DNA from: Vibrio vulnificus CMCP6
Lineage (GTDB): Bacteria > Pseudomonadota > Gammaproteobacteria > Enterobacterales > Vibrionaceae
Direction of reading: 5' to 3'
Length of the DNA: 32,000 nucleotides
NCBI RefSeq assembly: GCF_000039765.1
Contig: NC_004459.3
Span: 1,710,001 to 1,742,000 of the forward strand
Part shown: positions 8,741-18,811 of the stretch, piece by piece
Layout of the letters: every line of letters starts with the position of its first letter
Numbering within the stretch: the stretch's first letter is position 1
The notes under the pieces: generated by a model
Told to the model about the DNA's origin: nothing
What the model saw: the letters and a program-made list of their open reading frames with translations, nothing else
Databases searched by the model: none
Position numbers and translations under genes: made by a program

Positions 8741-11089
8741 TTAATTTGTCAGTTCAAGTCGTACCAAAATCTCTTCTGTCACTTCCTCTATTTCACAATA
8801 GCCAACCAATGTTGCCAGTTCTTTTTCCAGTTTGCTGGCTTGATGCATGCTGAGTTGAGAAAGTTCATTCAGATCTTTTTGTAACAGGGAAGTCATCGGG
8901 CTGAAAATCGGTGAGGTGGACAGCCTCAGCACATAAAACTCACCCGACATCTGTGCTTTTTTAATAAATAGGATGCGTTCTTTGACACTATCAAACTCGT
9001 TCGTCAGCTTTGTTTGTACGGCTTTGATTTTGTCGCCAAATTTTGCCACTGCGATGTAAATGTCGTGATGGTGTGGTTCTGCCCCTTCAATCCGTTTCGT
9101 CGGATTGGCGATTAAGGTATTTGAACGGCCTTTATAGATGGGTTCTAAAGAGAAATTCTCTTTGTGCCCTAGCTTTGCCAATACCATTAAATGCTTTTCT
9201 AGGGGGAAGTTAACCCCGATGGCCTTGGTTCTGTAGCCCGATTGCATCTTACTGATGAACACTGGCGTGCTGACCATTTTGGACAGCAAAATGCCGTGCA
9301 ACGATTCGAGCAGCTCATTACTTGGTAGGATCTCGTTTTGTGGTTTGAGCTTGTCTTGGTTGTGTTCGATGATGCTATTGAAAAACGCAATGGTTTTCAT
9401 CGTTTGGCTGTTTTCATCAATCACCAGTTGCACTTGCTTGTTGTCTGGGCTGACACGAACCACACGATAAGGAATTTTGTCCAATGGCAGCTTTTTATCG
9501 TAGAGCTGCAGTTCATGTAGGTTGATCTCGATCTCTTCAGACGACACCAACTCAAGTGGCGCATCCAAGGTGAGACTCAAGCCTCGCTTGGATAGATCGA
9601 TCGTCTTGCCTCTCATCGCCAAACCGTCTGCTTTGGTCAGCGTAAGCGGTGATTGAAAACGATAGCGAGGTTCTTTTCTACGAGACTGGGCATCAAAGAA
9701 AATCCCTTTTGGGGAGCCGATGATTTTCCGCGTATGACGAAAAGCATTTAAGGTGCTTGATGGCAGTCGAGGCTTTTCGGTAAAGAGATAGTCTGCGCCA
9801 TTCGAGTTGTCCGCAATTTCTTGCAAAATCCCACAATGCGTTAACCCTGAAGAGGCTTCGGCTAATTCTTGCGAGAAGCTGCCGAGTTGTTGACGTTCGT
9901 TTTCACTGAGTTCAAAAATGGAAATACGGAATGCCCGCCAACTGGCTCGTTTTGCGCCAAGATGCCAAAACAGCTGTCTTTGTTCACGTGTGGCCTCGGG
10001 CATGAGCATGGAGTAGAAAAAGTTTTTCCCTTCATGTTCGTGAGTAAACGCATAAATAACGTTACTGGCACCTTTGAGCCCCGGTCGCATTAGCATCGAC
10101 ATTCGCTGTGAGTTAAACAGTGAACCAAACACCTGTTGATTTCGTTCATCATGCCAGTATTGCCAAATCGGCATATTGTTTGGCGTGAGCATCGCGAGCT
10201 TGAGCTCATCGCCTTGGAAAAACAGCGGTAAGTTACAAGTGTGCTTTAGATAAATATGCTCGTAGCCCCGCGTTCTTGCTCGAATAATTTTGTCTTGGTT
10301 ATCGTGTCGGGCACGTTTGGCTGAGCTATTTAAAGACTCATCGATCACTCTTGAGACAACATTGGTGTCTGTCAGGCGTAAGCAACGAAGAAATTTAACT
10401 GCATCGTTTTCATAAGAATCTTCAACAGCCAAAACACGGTATTCAATCGGCTTATCAACGTGAGCAATTTGCGAGGTTTTGGCCAGTTCACTAAAGGTAA
10501 TTTGAATCACTTCGCCAAGGCTGTAGTTAAATGCACTCGGTACTTTGAACTTCGCACCAGAAGCGGAAAGATCAACGCTGACGCCGTGGAGCAATTGCCC
10601 TTTTGATAACGTAATGTCGACTTGAGAGTGCACTCTGAGCCGCTTTTCTTGGCGTTTGAGATCGTAACCAAGATGGACTGCCTCGGCCTCAAATGGACTG
10701 CTGGCATCACTCAGCCCTTGGCTGCTGGCCGGTTGGCCGCCTTTGCCTAAGGCGCGGAAACTGTTGCGTGTGTTAATTAACGCTTCCCAAACGCCTTCGG
10801 TATAGCCACCAAATTTGCGCGTGTTTTTGTAGTAAGCATTAAAGGCGACATCATCAAACCAATGTTTGATACCGTCAATTTCGTATTCTCGACAATCGCC
10901 CTGTACTCGGCCTCGCAAGTCGATGCTCTTTTTGCAAGGCGCCATCACACGATTTAATTCCATTTTTACCAGTAATTTAGCGGAAGGAGGGTAGCCTTCG
11001 GTCAATTGACCAAGGACAAAATCAAAGTCTTCCGCGTGATAAACCGGGATAAGCCTTTCTGCGATTGAGAGAATTTCAGCTTGTTCCAT
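8741..11089 (-). CDS. plzC: Large PilZ-domain protein with two PilZ-like modules (gene context matches V. cholerae plzC)
   Basis: 782 aa. Two RxxxR...DxSxxG pairs: RQEKRLRV...VDLSASGAKF and RKEPRYRF...IDLSKRGLSL. Located between serB and radA. Confidence 0.75.
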   Translation of the reverse strand: MEQAEILSIAERLIPVYHAEDFDFVLGQLTEGYPPSAKLLVKMELNRVMAPCKKSIDLRGRVQGDCREYEIDGIKHWFDDVAFNAYYKNTRKFGGYTEGVWEALINTRNSFRALGKGGQPASSQGLSDASSPFEAEAVHLGYDLKRQEKRLRVHSQVDITLSKGQLLHGVSVDLSASGAKFKVPSAFNYSLGEVIQITFSELAKTSQIAHVDKPIEYRVLAVEDSYENDAVKFLRCLRLTDTNVVSRVIDESLNSSAKRARHDNQDKIIRARTRGYEHIYLKHTCNLPLFFQGDELKLAMLTPNNMPIWQYWHDERNQQVFGSLFNSQRMSMLMRPGLKGASNVIYAFTHEHEGKNFFYSMLMPEATREQRQLFWHLGAKRASWRAFRISIFELSENERQQLGSFSQELAEASSGLTHCGILQEIADNSNGADYLFTEKPRLPSSTLNAFRHTRKIIGSPKGIFFDAQSRRKEPRYRFQSPLTLTKADGLAMRGKTIDLSKRGLSLTLDAPLELVSSEEIEINLHELQLYDKKLPLDKIPYRVVRVSPDNKQVQLVIDENSQTMKTIAFFNSIIEHNQDKLKPQNEILPSNELLESLHGILLSKMVSTPVFISKMQSGYRTKAIGVNFPLEKHLMVLAKLGHKENFSLEPIYKGRSNTLIANPTKRIEGAEPHHHDIYIAVAKFGDKIKAVQTKLTNEFDSVKERILFIKKAQMSGEFYVLRLSTSPIFSPMTSLLQKDLNELSQLSMHQASKLEKELATLVGYCEIEEVTEEILVRLELTN

Positions 11090-11223
11090 TTTTTCTGTTA
11101 AAGTAGCTGCTTATTAAAAGAGTATCGGCAAAGTGTTAATAAACTTAAGTATAACAGCACATTGTTTGAGGTTTAACGGATCAGTGGTCTAACTAGGTCA
11201 CAAGCTTGAGAATTTGAGGCAGC

Positions 11224-12603
11224 ATGTCGAAAGCAAAACGCGCTTATGTATGTAATGACTGTGGAGCGGATTTTCCGCGTTGGCAAGGGCAATGTAATGC
11301 CTGTGGCTCATGGAATACCATTACCGAAGTGAGATTGGCCGCATCGCCAAGCGTTGCGAGAAACGAGCGTTTATCTGGTTATGCGGGCTCTGCGACAGAA
11401 TCAAAGGTTCAGGTGTTGTCTGAGATTGATTTGCAAGAAGTTCCCCGTTTTTCCAGTGGCTTCAAAGAGCTTGACCGTGTCTTAGGGGGCGGTATTGTCC
11501 CTGGAGCGGCGATCTTGATCGGTGGTAACCCTGGTGCGGGTAAATCGACGCTGCTGTTGCAGACTATGTGTCAACTTTCCGCCAACATGAACGCACTCTA
11601 TGTCACAGGGGAAGAGTCGTTGCAACAAGTTGCGATGCGTGCTTCTCGACTGGGCCTACCGAAAGAGCATTTAAAAATGCTGTCAGAAACCAATGTCGAT
11701 AAAATTTGCCAAGTGGCTGAGCAAATTCAGCCTAAGATCATGGTTATTGACTCGATTCAGGTGATGCATGTCTCTGATGTTCAATCTTCTCCGGGAAGTG
11801 TGGCGCAAGTTCGCGAGTCTGCCACCGCGCTCACTCGTTATGCGAAGCAAAACAATGTGGCGGTATTTATTGTTGGCCACGTGACAAAAGATGGCACTTT
11901 GGCGGGGCCGAAAGTGTTGGAGCACATTATTGACTGTTCTGTGCTGCTGGATGGTGATGCAGATAGTCGTTTTCGTACCCTTCGCAGCCATAAAAACCGT
12001 TTTGGCGCGGTCAATGAGCTCGGGGTGTTTGCCATGACAGGGCAGGGATTACGTGAGGTGAGTAACCCTTCGGCGATTTTCTTGTCTCGTGGCGAAGAAC
12101 AAACGTCAGGCAGTTCTGTGATGGTGATTTGGGAAGGCACCCGACCTTTGTTAGTGGAGATCCAAGCACTGGTCGATTACTCACAACTCGCCAACCCAAG
12201 ACGTGTTGCCGTGGGCCTTGAGCAAAACCGTTTGTCGCTCCTGCTGGCGGTGCTGCATAAGCATGGTGGTTTACAAATGGCCGACCAAGACGTGTTTGTC
12301 AACGTTGTTGGTGGTGTGAAAGTAACGGAAACCAGTGCGGATCTAGCGCTTATTATGGCGCTACTGTCCAGTTTTCGAGATAGAGCCTTACCAAAAGATG
12401 TGGTGATATTTGGTGAAGTGGGCTTGGCTGGCGAAATTCGCCCTGTCCCCAGTGGCCAAGAACGTTTAAATGAAGCTTTCAAGCATGGCTTTAAGAAAGC
12501 CATCGTGCCGTTGGCGAATATGCCTAAAGGTGGGATTCCCGGAATGCAGATCCATGGGGTTAAAAAATTAGCCGATGCTATATCAGCCTTCGATGAATTA
12601 TGA
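11224..12603 (+). CDS. radA: DNA repair protein RadA (Sms)
   Basis: 459 aa: zinc finger CNDCGADFPRWQGQCNACGSW, Walker A GGNPGAGKST, KNRFG motif (HKNRFGAVNELG), Lon-like C-terminus. Confidence 0.97.
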   Translation: MSKAKRAYVCNDCGADFPRWQGQCNACGSWNTITEVRLAASPSVARNERLSGYAGSATESKVQVLSEIDLQEVPRFSSGFKELDRVLGGGIVPGAAILIGGNPGAGKSTLLLQTMCQLSANMNALYVTGEESLQQVAMRASRLGLPKEHLKMLSETNVDKICQVAEQIQPKIMVIDSIQVMHVSDVQSSPGSVAQVRESATALTRYAKQNNVAVFIVGHVTKDGTLAGPKVLEHIIDCSVLLDGDADSRFRTLRSHKNRFGAVNELGVFAMTGQGLREVSNPSAIFLSRGEEQTSGSSVMVIWEGTRPLLVEIQALVDYSQLANPRRVAVGLEQNRLSLLLAVLHKHGGLQMADQDVFVNVVGGVKVTETSADLALIMALLSSFRDRALPKDVVIFGEVGLAGEIRPVPSGQERLNEAFKHGFKKAIVPLANMPKGGIPGMQIHGVKKLADAISAFDEL

Positions 12604-12693
12604 TTTTTGTGAATTGAAGCATGAATTGCGTTGCTTTCTTTGCTGTGTGAAATTAGTCAGTTCTATTGAGATATTGCATAATGTATTTGGAGA

Positions 12694-14316
12694 ATGACGT
12701 TTTTATGGATAGAAATGTTACTAAGATATCTTGGACTGTTTTTTTGTTTGTGCTTTTCAACTGTTTCGGCTGCAAAGGAGATGGCTGCCGTCGAGTTGCA
12801 GGCTATCCAGTGGTTTCAGGGGCCGCTTAATACCAGCCAGCCTACACCACTTTGGGTATCGCAATCATTGACCCCTGTTGAGGCTTTCAGCCTAACGGGG
12901 GGCGATCATGTCAGCTTACTTAACTTTGATGTCAACAAGCTGGGCTTGTATGTCATTGATTTCAGAAATTCCACGTTAATCGGTCGCTATCAACATTATC
13001 TTTATGATGCCAATAACCAGTTGGTGGCGTCTTCTCGAGGTGGGATTGACTCTCTTGAATCAGCACATTTCTTTTTGCGTCATGGGCAGGAAGTTCAATT
13101 GGCGCCCGGTCGATACTCTCTTGTCACGGCACAACGCTCACAGTTTAATATCGCGCCGCCCACCACATTTGTCATGGAGAAGAGTCTTTATCTCGAGGAT
13201 ATTCGTGTTGGGAATGCGATTACTCTCACTGGCATAGGCATTCTCCTTTCGCTGTTTTTCTATTATCTGGTTTTGTCGATTGCGCGCAAAAACTTGGTCG
13301 ATTTTAGCTATGCGATGTTTATTCTCGGTAATTTATTGTTTAACAGCACTTCGTTATTGGTTGCTCATCATCTATTAGGTATTCAGTGGTTTGGTGGGGC
13401 AAGCTGGCCAATCTTATGCTCAAACATGGCTTACTTGGTGTTTGTCATGCAGTTACTAGAGGTGAAATCGAACGAAACGCCAATGGTTTACTACGTTGGC
13501 TGTGGATTGCTCGTTCTGTTTGCGATGTTCTTTAGTGCCTCTTTCTTCTTACCGAATTGGCAAAATGAATTTAATCGCCACGCCGTTGGTCTGTTTATTT
13601 CCTTCGGCATGTTTGCCGGTATTCGCATGATTTTCAAAGGGAGCAAAGTTGCTCGTTGGTATGTATTGGCTAACTTAGGCTTCTTTGTCTTGGCGGCGGT
13701 TGCTATTTCCCAAGAGCAGATTGCCGGTTTACAAACCATTTATATGTCTCATATCGGCCTTATTGCGGTTGTGGTTGAGGTGATGTTGCTTTCCTGCGTG
13801 GTTGCGTATCAAATGACCAGAGTGGAAGAGGAGCGCAATGCCGCTCTTGTTCATGCTCAACAAATGCTAGAGCTGGCAAGTACCGACACCCTGACAGGCC
13901 TACCTAATCGGTATGCTTTAGAAAATCGACTGCCTAAAACCAACAAAAATGAAGCGTTTATCTATCTCGACTTAGATGGCTTGAAAATCTGTAACGATCA
14001 GTATGGCCATGACATGGGGGACAAGCTGTTGCTGGTCTTCAGCGAGAAAATGAGAAAAATGCTTCCTTCCAACTGCGAGTTATTTAGGATTTCTGGCGAT
14101 GAGTTTGGCGTTATTTTACCGAATTCTCACTTACAAGAGCTGGTCGATATGGTTCATTTTATTGATAAACAACTTCGTGAAGAGGTGGCGCTGTTTGTTG
14201 GTGTCAGCTTTGGCGTGGCCTATTTTAAAGATCATAAGAACTATCGCAAAACGATAGAGGAAGCCGATCACAACATGTATTTGTATAAAAGGAATAAACA
14301 ATCACATGCGACTTAA
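12694..14316 (+). CDS. 7TM-DISM-like membrane sensor with a C-terminal GGDEF domain (putative diguanylate cyclase)
   Basis: 540 aa: signal peptide-like N-terminus, periplasmic domain, multiple TM helices, then STDTLTGLPNR, DLDGLKICNDQYGHDMGDKLL and RISGDEFGVILP. Confidence 0.85.
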   Translation: MTFLWIEMLLRYLGLFFCLCFSTVSAAKEMAAVELQAIQWFQGPLNTSQPTPLWVSQSLTPVEAFSLTGGDHVSLLNFDVNKLGLYVIDFRNSTLIGRYQHYLYDANNQLVASSRGGIDSLESAHFFLRHGQEVQLAPGRYSLVTAQRSQFNIAPPTTFVMEKSLYLEDIRVGNAITLTGIGILLSLFFYYLVLSIARKNLVDFSYAMFILGNLLFNSTSLLVAHHLLGIQWFGGASWPILCSNMAYLVFVMQLLEVKSNETPMVYYVGCGLLVLFAMFFSASFFLPNWQNEFNRHAVGLFISFGMFAGIRMIFKGSKVARWYVLANLGFFVLAAVAISQEQIAGLQTIYMSHIGLIAVVVEVMLLSCVVAYQMTRVEEERNAALVHAQQMLELASTDTLTGLPNRYALENRLPKTNKNEAFIYLDLDGLKICNDQYGHDMGDKLLLVFSEKMRKMLPSNCELFRISGDEFGVILPNSHLQELVDMVHFIDKQLREEVALFVGVSFGVAYFKDHKNYRKTIEEADHNMYLYKRNKQSHAT

Positions 14317-15517
14317 ACTGATTTTACCAATCCTAGCCACGATGTTAGTACCACTGGCTGCCGCTTTCTTCAAATATCCCGACACACATATTCCCCCTGG
14401 TTTTCTTGTTTTTCCCCCTCAATTTATCGTTGAAGAACCGAGCTTTAACCTGATTTATTTCTTGTTGATGCTCGTTGCTGTTGTTTGGGCACTATTAGTG
14501 CTGTTTTGGCCAGAGAAGGTGGGATTCAAACGCAATACACAACCGATGCCTTCACCGACTAGAGCCAATTTACCATGGTGGTTTTACATTGGACTGGGTG
14601 GAACGGTTTTATTTTGGTGGTTAATGTGGAGCAGAAGTGAAGCGATGTTACCTTGGGTGTACTATGCTTTCACGCCACTTTGGTGGAGCTTTATCATTCT
14701 GTTGGATGGTATCGTCTATCGATTTAATGGCGGCCGATCACTGTGCGCAACCAAACCGGGTCTTCTCCTATTTATGGCTGGCGTGTCGTTTTTTGGTTGG
14801 ATGTATTTTGAGTACTACGATTATTTTGTATTAGAAAACTGGTACTACCCAAATGCAGAAAAAACGTCATTGAGCCGAGAAATGATATTGCTACTCTTTT
14901 GTTTCTCTTATACCACTGTGACGCCCGCTATTATGCAGTGGTACACCTTACTTTGTTCCTTTCCTTCCATCAGAAAGCGTTATCGTTTTGGGCCTGTTTG
15001 GCATCTCAAGCCGAATTGGCTTATCTACGGTGGATTGGCGTCGATCTTTCTCATGGTGTTCTTCCCGAAATTACTGTTCTGGGCTGTTTGGATTGGTCCG
15101 ATGGCCGTCATGACCGGGGTACTCGAGCGATATGGCATTTGGAATCCCTTCCACGGCATTTTGACATCGGGTAATTGGACGGCAGCAGCCTTGGTTGGTA
15201 TGGCTTCATTGATCAATGGCTTCTTCTGGGAAATGTGGAACTTTGGCAGCGCTCACCCAGACACGCAGTTGATCACCAATCCGAACTACTGGGTTTATGA
15301 CATTCCTTTCGTAAACTTAACTTGGCTCCCTCTACCAACAGAAATGCCTTTGTTGGGCTACATGGGCTATGTGCCTTTTGGCATTCTTGTTTGGCAAGTG
15401 CTCATTTGGAGCGGAAAAATTATGGGGATTAATACTGATTTGCGAGAGGTGACTGATTGGTATTTGATTTCGGAGCAGAAGGCTCAATTTGACACTCCTT
15501 GTCGAGCGGAGGTCTAG
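14306..15517 (+). CDS. Uncharacterised multipass membrane protein
   Basis: 403 aa with many hydrophobic segments. Start overlaps the upstream GGDEF stop by 11 bp; stop TAG directly abuts the next ATG. Confidence 0.75.
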   Translation: MRLKLILPILATMLVPLAAAFFKYPDTHIPPGFLVFPPQFIVEEPSFNLIYFLLMLVAVVWALLVLFWPEKVGFKRNTQPMPSPTRANLPWWFYIGLGGTVLFWWLMWSRSEAMLPWVYYAFTPLWWSFIILLDGIVYRFNGGRSLCATKPGLLLFMAGVSFFGWMYFEYYDYFVLENWYYPNAEKTSLSREMILLLFCFSYTTVTPAIMQWYTLLCSFPSIRKRYRFGPVWHLKPNWLIYGGLASIFLMVFFPKLLFWAVWIGPMAVMTGVLERYGIWNPFHGILTSGNWTAAALVGMASLINGFFWEMWNFGSAHPDTQLITNPNYWVYDIPFVNLTWLPLPTEMPLLGYMGYVPFGILVWQVLIWSGKIMGINTDLREVTDWYLISEQKAQFDTPCRAEV

Positions 15518-16441
15518 ATGAATCCGTTTAATCATGGTTGGACTCCTGACTCTGTTTGGCCTCGCATTCAGCAACAAGTCGAGAGTTGGTGCGACCCAAG
15601 CCTGCCTGATTTTGTTCCTCAAGACAAAAGAGTCGCTGTATTTGATTTGGATGGCACGCTTTGGTGCGAAAAACCCGGTATTAATGAACTGGCGTTTTGG
15701 CGCTCGGAGTTAACCAATGCTCTGACGCTGCCACAACATCAACAGCATCACCCCAGCATCAGCTCACTAATAAATAGTGTGCAGCCAGCAAGTCAACATG
15801 ACAATCCAGTATTATTGGCTGAGCAATATGCCTCTTTATTTCGTCGAGTTTTCTCGGATATCACCGTCGAAGCCTATCAGCAGAAGGTGAAAACATGGCT
15901 CAGTGAGACGCGGCATCCAAGATTCCAAGTGAGCTATCAACAGCTCTTTTATACCCCAATGCTTGCGTTAATGGATTACTTACGGCGGCATAACTTTCGT
16001 TGTGTGATTAATTCAGGCAGTACAACAGCGTTTGTTCAAGCTTGGTGTCAGCCTTGGTTGGCTATTAATGAAGAAGATGTCATCGGTTCACAAATAGGCT
16101 TGTTTGATGAACCGCATTCGTTCGTTATTAATATTGGGCCGGAAAAGGTCAAACAGTTGAAAGCAAAATTTGCTATCAAACCATTAATGGCATTTGGCAA
16201 TACGCTGGGTGATGCGGAACAGCTTCACTATGTATTGGAAGGGGATGATAGAGCGATCGCGTGCTGCATTCATCATGATGACTCAAACCGAGAGTATTCA
16301 TATGCGTTTGACCCCCTATTTAAACTGGAGCTAAAAACGCGTTTACAGCGAGTGGATATTGTCTCTATTCGAGACCACTGGTGTGAGATTTTTGCGTTTG
16401 AAAATCCAGTGAAAAAAGAGAGAATCCCTTTTGCAATCTAG
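15518..16441 (+). CDS. HAD-superfamily hydrolase (SerB-like subgroup)
   Basis: Motif I VFDLDGTLW, motif II-like CVINSGST, motif IV-like MAFGNTLGDAEQL; starts immediately after the upstream stop codon. Confidence 0.8.
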   Translation: MNPFNHGWTPDSVWPRIQQQVESWCDPSLPDFVPQDKRVAVFDLDGTLWCEKPGINELAFWRSELTNALTLPQHQQHHPSISSLINSVQPASQHDNPVLLAEQYASLFRRVFSDITVEAYQQKVKTWLSETRHPRFQVSYQQLFYTPMLALMDYLRRHNFRCVINSGSTTAFVQAWCQPWLAINEEDVIGSQIGLFDEPHSFVINIGPEKVKQLKAKFAIKPLMAFGNTLGDAEQLHYVLEGDDRAIACCIHHDDSNREYSYAFDPLFKLELKTRLQRVDIVSIRDHWCEIFAFENPVKKERIPFAI

Positions 16442-16565
16442 GTCTTGATGGGCTTTACTGAGGTGGAAGAAAATTTTTCTCACCTAATTGCACGCAAGGG
16501 TATCAGTCTTGACAGATTGTGATATACTCTGCGCGCACTTTATACCTTATTAACAGAGTAAGACA

Positions 16566-18653
16566 ATGGCAGATTTATCAAAATACAGAAACATTGGTAT
16601 TTTCGCGCACGTTGACGCGGGTAAAACCACTACCACTGAGCGTATCTTGAAGCTTACTGGTAAAATCCACCGTCTAGGCGAAGTACACGACGGCGCATCA
16701 ACCATGGACTTCATGGATCAGGAAGCAGAGCGCGGTATCACTATCCAGTCTGCTGCGACTACTTGTTTCTGGAAAGACCACCGTTTTAACGTAATCGACA
16801 CCCCGGGACACGTTGACTTCACTGTTGAAGTTTACCGTTCTCTTAAAGTTCTTGATGGTGGTATCGGTGTATTCTGTGGTTCTGGCGGCGTTGAGCCTCA
16901 GTCAGAAACTAACTGGCGTTACGCGAACGAATCAGAAGTATCTCGTCTGATCTTCGTAAACAAACTAGACCGTATGGGTGCAGACTTCTTCCGCGTTGTT
17001 GAGCAAGTGAAGAAAGTACTAGGCGCTAACCCTCTAGTTATGACTCTACCTATCGGCCGTGAAGACGAGTTCGTAGGTGTAGTTGACGTATTGACTCGTC
17101 AAGCATTCGTATGGGATGACTCAGGTCTTCCAGAAAACTACGAAATCAAAGAAATCCCAGCAGACATGGTAGATCAAGTTGAAGAATACCGTGAGATGAT
17201 GATCGAATCTGCTGTTGAGCAAGACGATGAGCTAATGATGGCTTACATGGAAGGCGAAGAGCCATCTATCGAGCAAATCAAAGCTTGTATCCGTAAAGGT
17301 ACTCGTGATCTAGCGTTCTTCCCAACGTACTGTGGTTCTGCATTCAAAAACAAAGGTATGCAACTTGTACTAGACGCAGTTGTAGATTACCTACCGTCTC
17401 CAACAGAAGTTGAGCCTCAACCACTGACTAACCCAGAAACGGGTGAACCAACTGGTGAAGTTGCAACAGTATCTGTTGACGCGCCTCTAAAAGCGCTAGC
17501 GTTCAAGATCATGGACGACCGTTTCGGTGCTCTAACCTTCATCCGTATCTACTCAGGTCGTCTGAAGAAAGGTGACACAGTTCTTAACAGTGCAACTGGT
17601 AAGACTGAGCGTATCGGCCGTATGGTGGAAATGCACGCAAACGACCGTAACGAACTTGAAGCAGCTCAAGCGGGTGACATCATCGCTGTTGTTGGTATGA
17701 AGAACGTTCAAACTGGTCACACTCTATGTGATCCTAAGCATGAATGTACTCTTGAGCCAATGATCTTCCCAGAACCAGTAATCTCTATCGCTGTTAAGCC
17801 TAAAGATAAAAACGGTTCTGAGAAAATGGGTATCGCGATCGGTAAAATGGTTGCAGAAGATCCATCATTCCAAGTTGAAACTGACGAAGATTCTGGCGAA
17901 ACCATCCTTAAAGGTATGGGCGAACTTCACCTAGACATCAAAGTTGACATCCTGAAGCGTACTTACGGCGTTGAGCTAGAAGTAGGTGCTCCACAGGTAG
18001 CTTACCGTGAAACTATCACGAAAGCAGTTGAAGACAGCTACACGCACAAGAAGCAGTCTGGTGGTTCTGGTCAGTTCGGTAAGATCGACTACCGCATCAA
18101 ACCAGGTGAGCCAAACTCTGGCTTCACGTTCAAGTCAACAGTTGTTGGTGGTAACGTACCTAAAGAATTTTGGCCTGCAGTAGAGAAAGGCTTCGAAGGC
18201 ATGATGCAGAACGGTGTTCTAGCTGGCTTCCCAACGCTAGACGTTGAAGTTGAGCTATTCGACGGTGGTTTCCACGCAGTTGACTCATCTGCAATCGCAT
18301 TTGAAATCGCAGCGAAAGGCGCATTCCGTCAATCAATGCCTAAAGCAGGTCCTCAGCTTCTTGAGCCAATCATGAAAGTTGACGTGTTCACTCCAGAAGA
18401 CCACGTTGGTGACGTAATCGGTGACTTGAACCGTCGTCGCGGTATGATCAAGAACCAAGAAATGGGTGCAACTGGCGTTCGCGTTAAAGCAGACGTACCA
18501 CTTTCAGAAATGTTCGGCTACATCGGTACTCTACGTACAATGACTTCTGGTCGTGGTCAGTTCTCTATGGAGTTCTCTCACTACTCAGCTTGTCCAAGCA
18601 ACGTAGCAGAGCAAGTAATTGCTGAAGTTAAAGAGCGTAACGCTAAGAAGTAA
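16566..18653 (+). CDS. fusA: Elongation factor G paralogue (EF-G 2), outside any str-type operon
   Basis: 695 aa: [33 protein letters not shown]; full EF-G domain set. Flanks are HAD and LysR genes, not rpsL/rpsG/tuf. Confidence 0.93.
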   Translation: MADLSKYRNIGIFAHVDAGKTTTTERILKLTGKIHRLGEVHDGASTMDFMDQEAERGITIQSAATTCFWKDHRFNVIDTPGHVDFTVEVYRSLKVLDGGIGVFCGSGGVEPQSETNWRYANESEVSRLIFVNKLDRMGADFFRVVEQVKKVLGANPLVMTLPIGREDEFVGVVDVLTRQAFVWDDSGLPENYEIKEIPADMVDQVEEYREMMIESAVEQDDELMMAYMEGEEPSIEQIKACIRKGTRDLAFFPTYCGSAFKNKGMQLVLDAVVDYLPSPTEVEPQPLTNPETGEPTGEVATVSVDAPLKALAFKIMDDRFGALTFIRIYSGRLKKGDTVLNSATGKTERIGRMVEMHANDRNELEAAQAGDIIAVVGMKNVQTGHTLCDPKHECTLEPMIFPEPVISIAVKPKDKNGSEKMGIAIGKMVAEDPSFQVETDEDSGETILKGMGELHLDIKVDILKRTYGVELEVGAPQVAYRETITKAVEDSYTHKKQSGGSGQFGKIDYRIKPGEPNSGFTFKSTVVGGNVPKEFWPAVEKGFEGMMQNGVLAGFPTLDVEVELFDGGFHAVDSSAIAFEIAAKGAFRQSMPKAGPQLLEPIMKVDVFTPEDHVGDVIGDLNRRRGMIKNQEMGATGVRVKADVPLSEMFGYIGTLRTMTSGRGQFSMEFSHYSACPSNVAEQVIAEVKERNAKK

Positions 18654-18678
18654 TTCTTAAGTTAACTCAATAACAATA

Positions 18679-18712
18679 AAACCCGCAGCGTGCCTGGGGG
18701 TTTTTCTTTTTT
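18679..18712 (+). terminator. Probable terminator after the EF-G gene
   Basis: aacccgcag-cgtgc-ctgggggtt (one mismatch) followed by a T-rich tract. Confidence 0.65.
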
Positions 18713-18755
18713 CTTCGCCTTTAATAACTATCAACCTTTAGCAACGGTGTGTCTT

Positions 18756-18785
18756 TAGTGACGATCAGTTTCTAGTAACGATCAG
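18756..18785. repeat. Two direct repeats TAGTRACGATCAG with 17-bp period
   Basis: tagtgacgatcag at 18756-18768 and tagtaacgatcag at 18773-18785. Confidence 0.55.
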
Positions 18786-18811
18786 CGAGTGACCATTAAT
18801 CTGAACGGTCT

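Noticed and set aside
9199-10093. ORFs on the plus strand and shadow ORFs inside the PilZ gene
   Set aside because: Antisense or alternate-frame shadows of a long, domain-supported CDS.
16453-16477. Imperfect inverted repeat aggtggaagaaaatttttctcacct after the HAD gene
   Set aside because: Only the outer 5 bp pair cleanly and no U-tract follows, so it was not called as a terminator.
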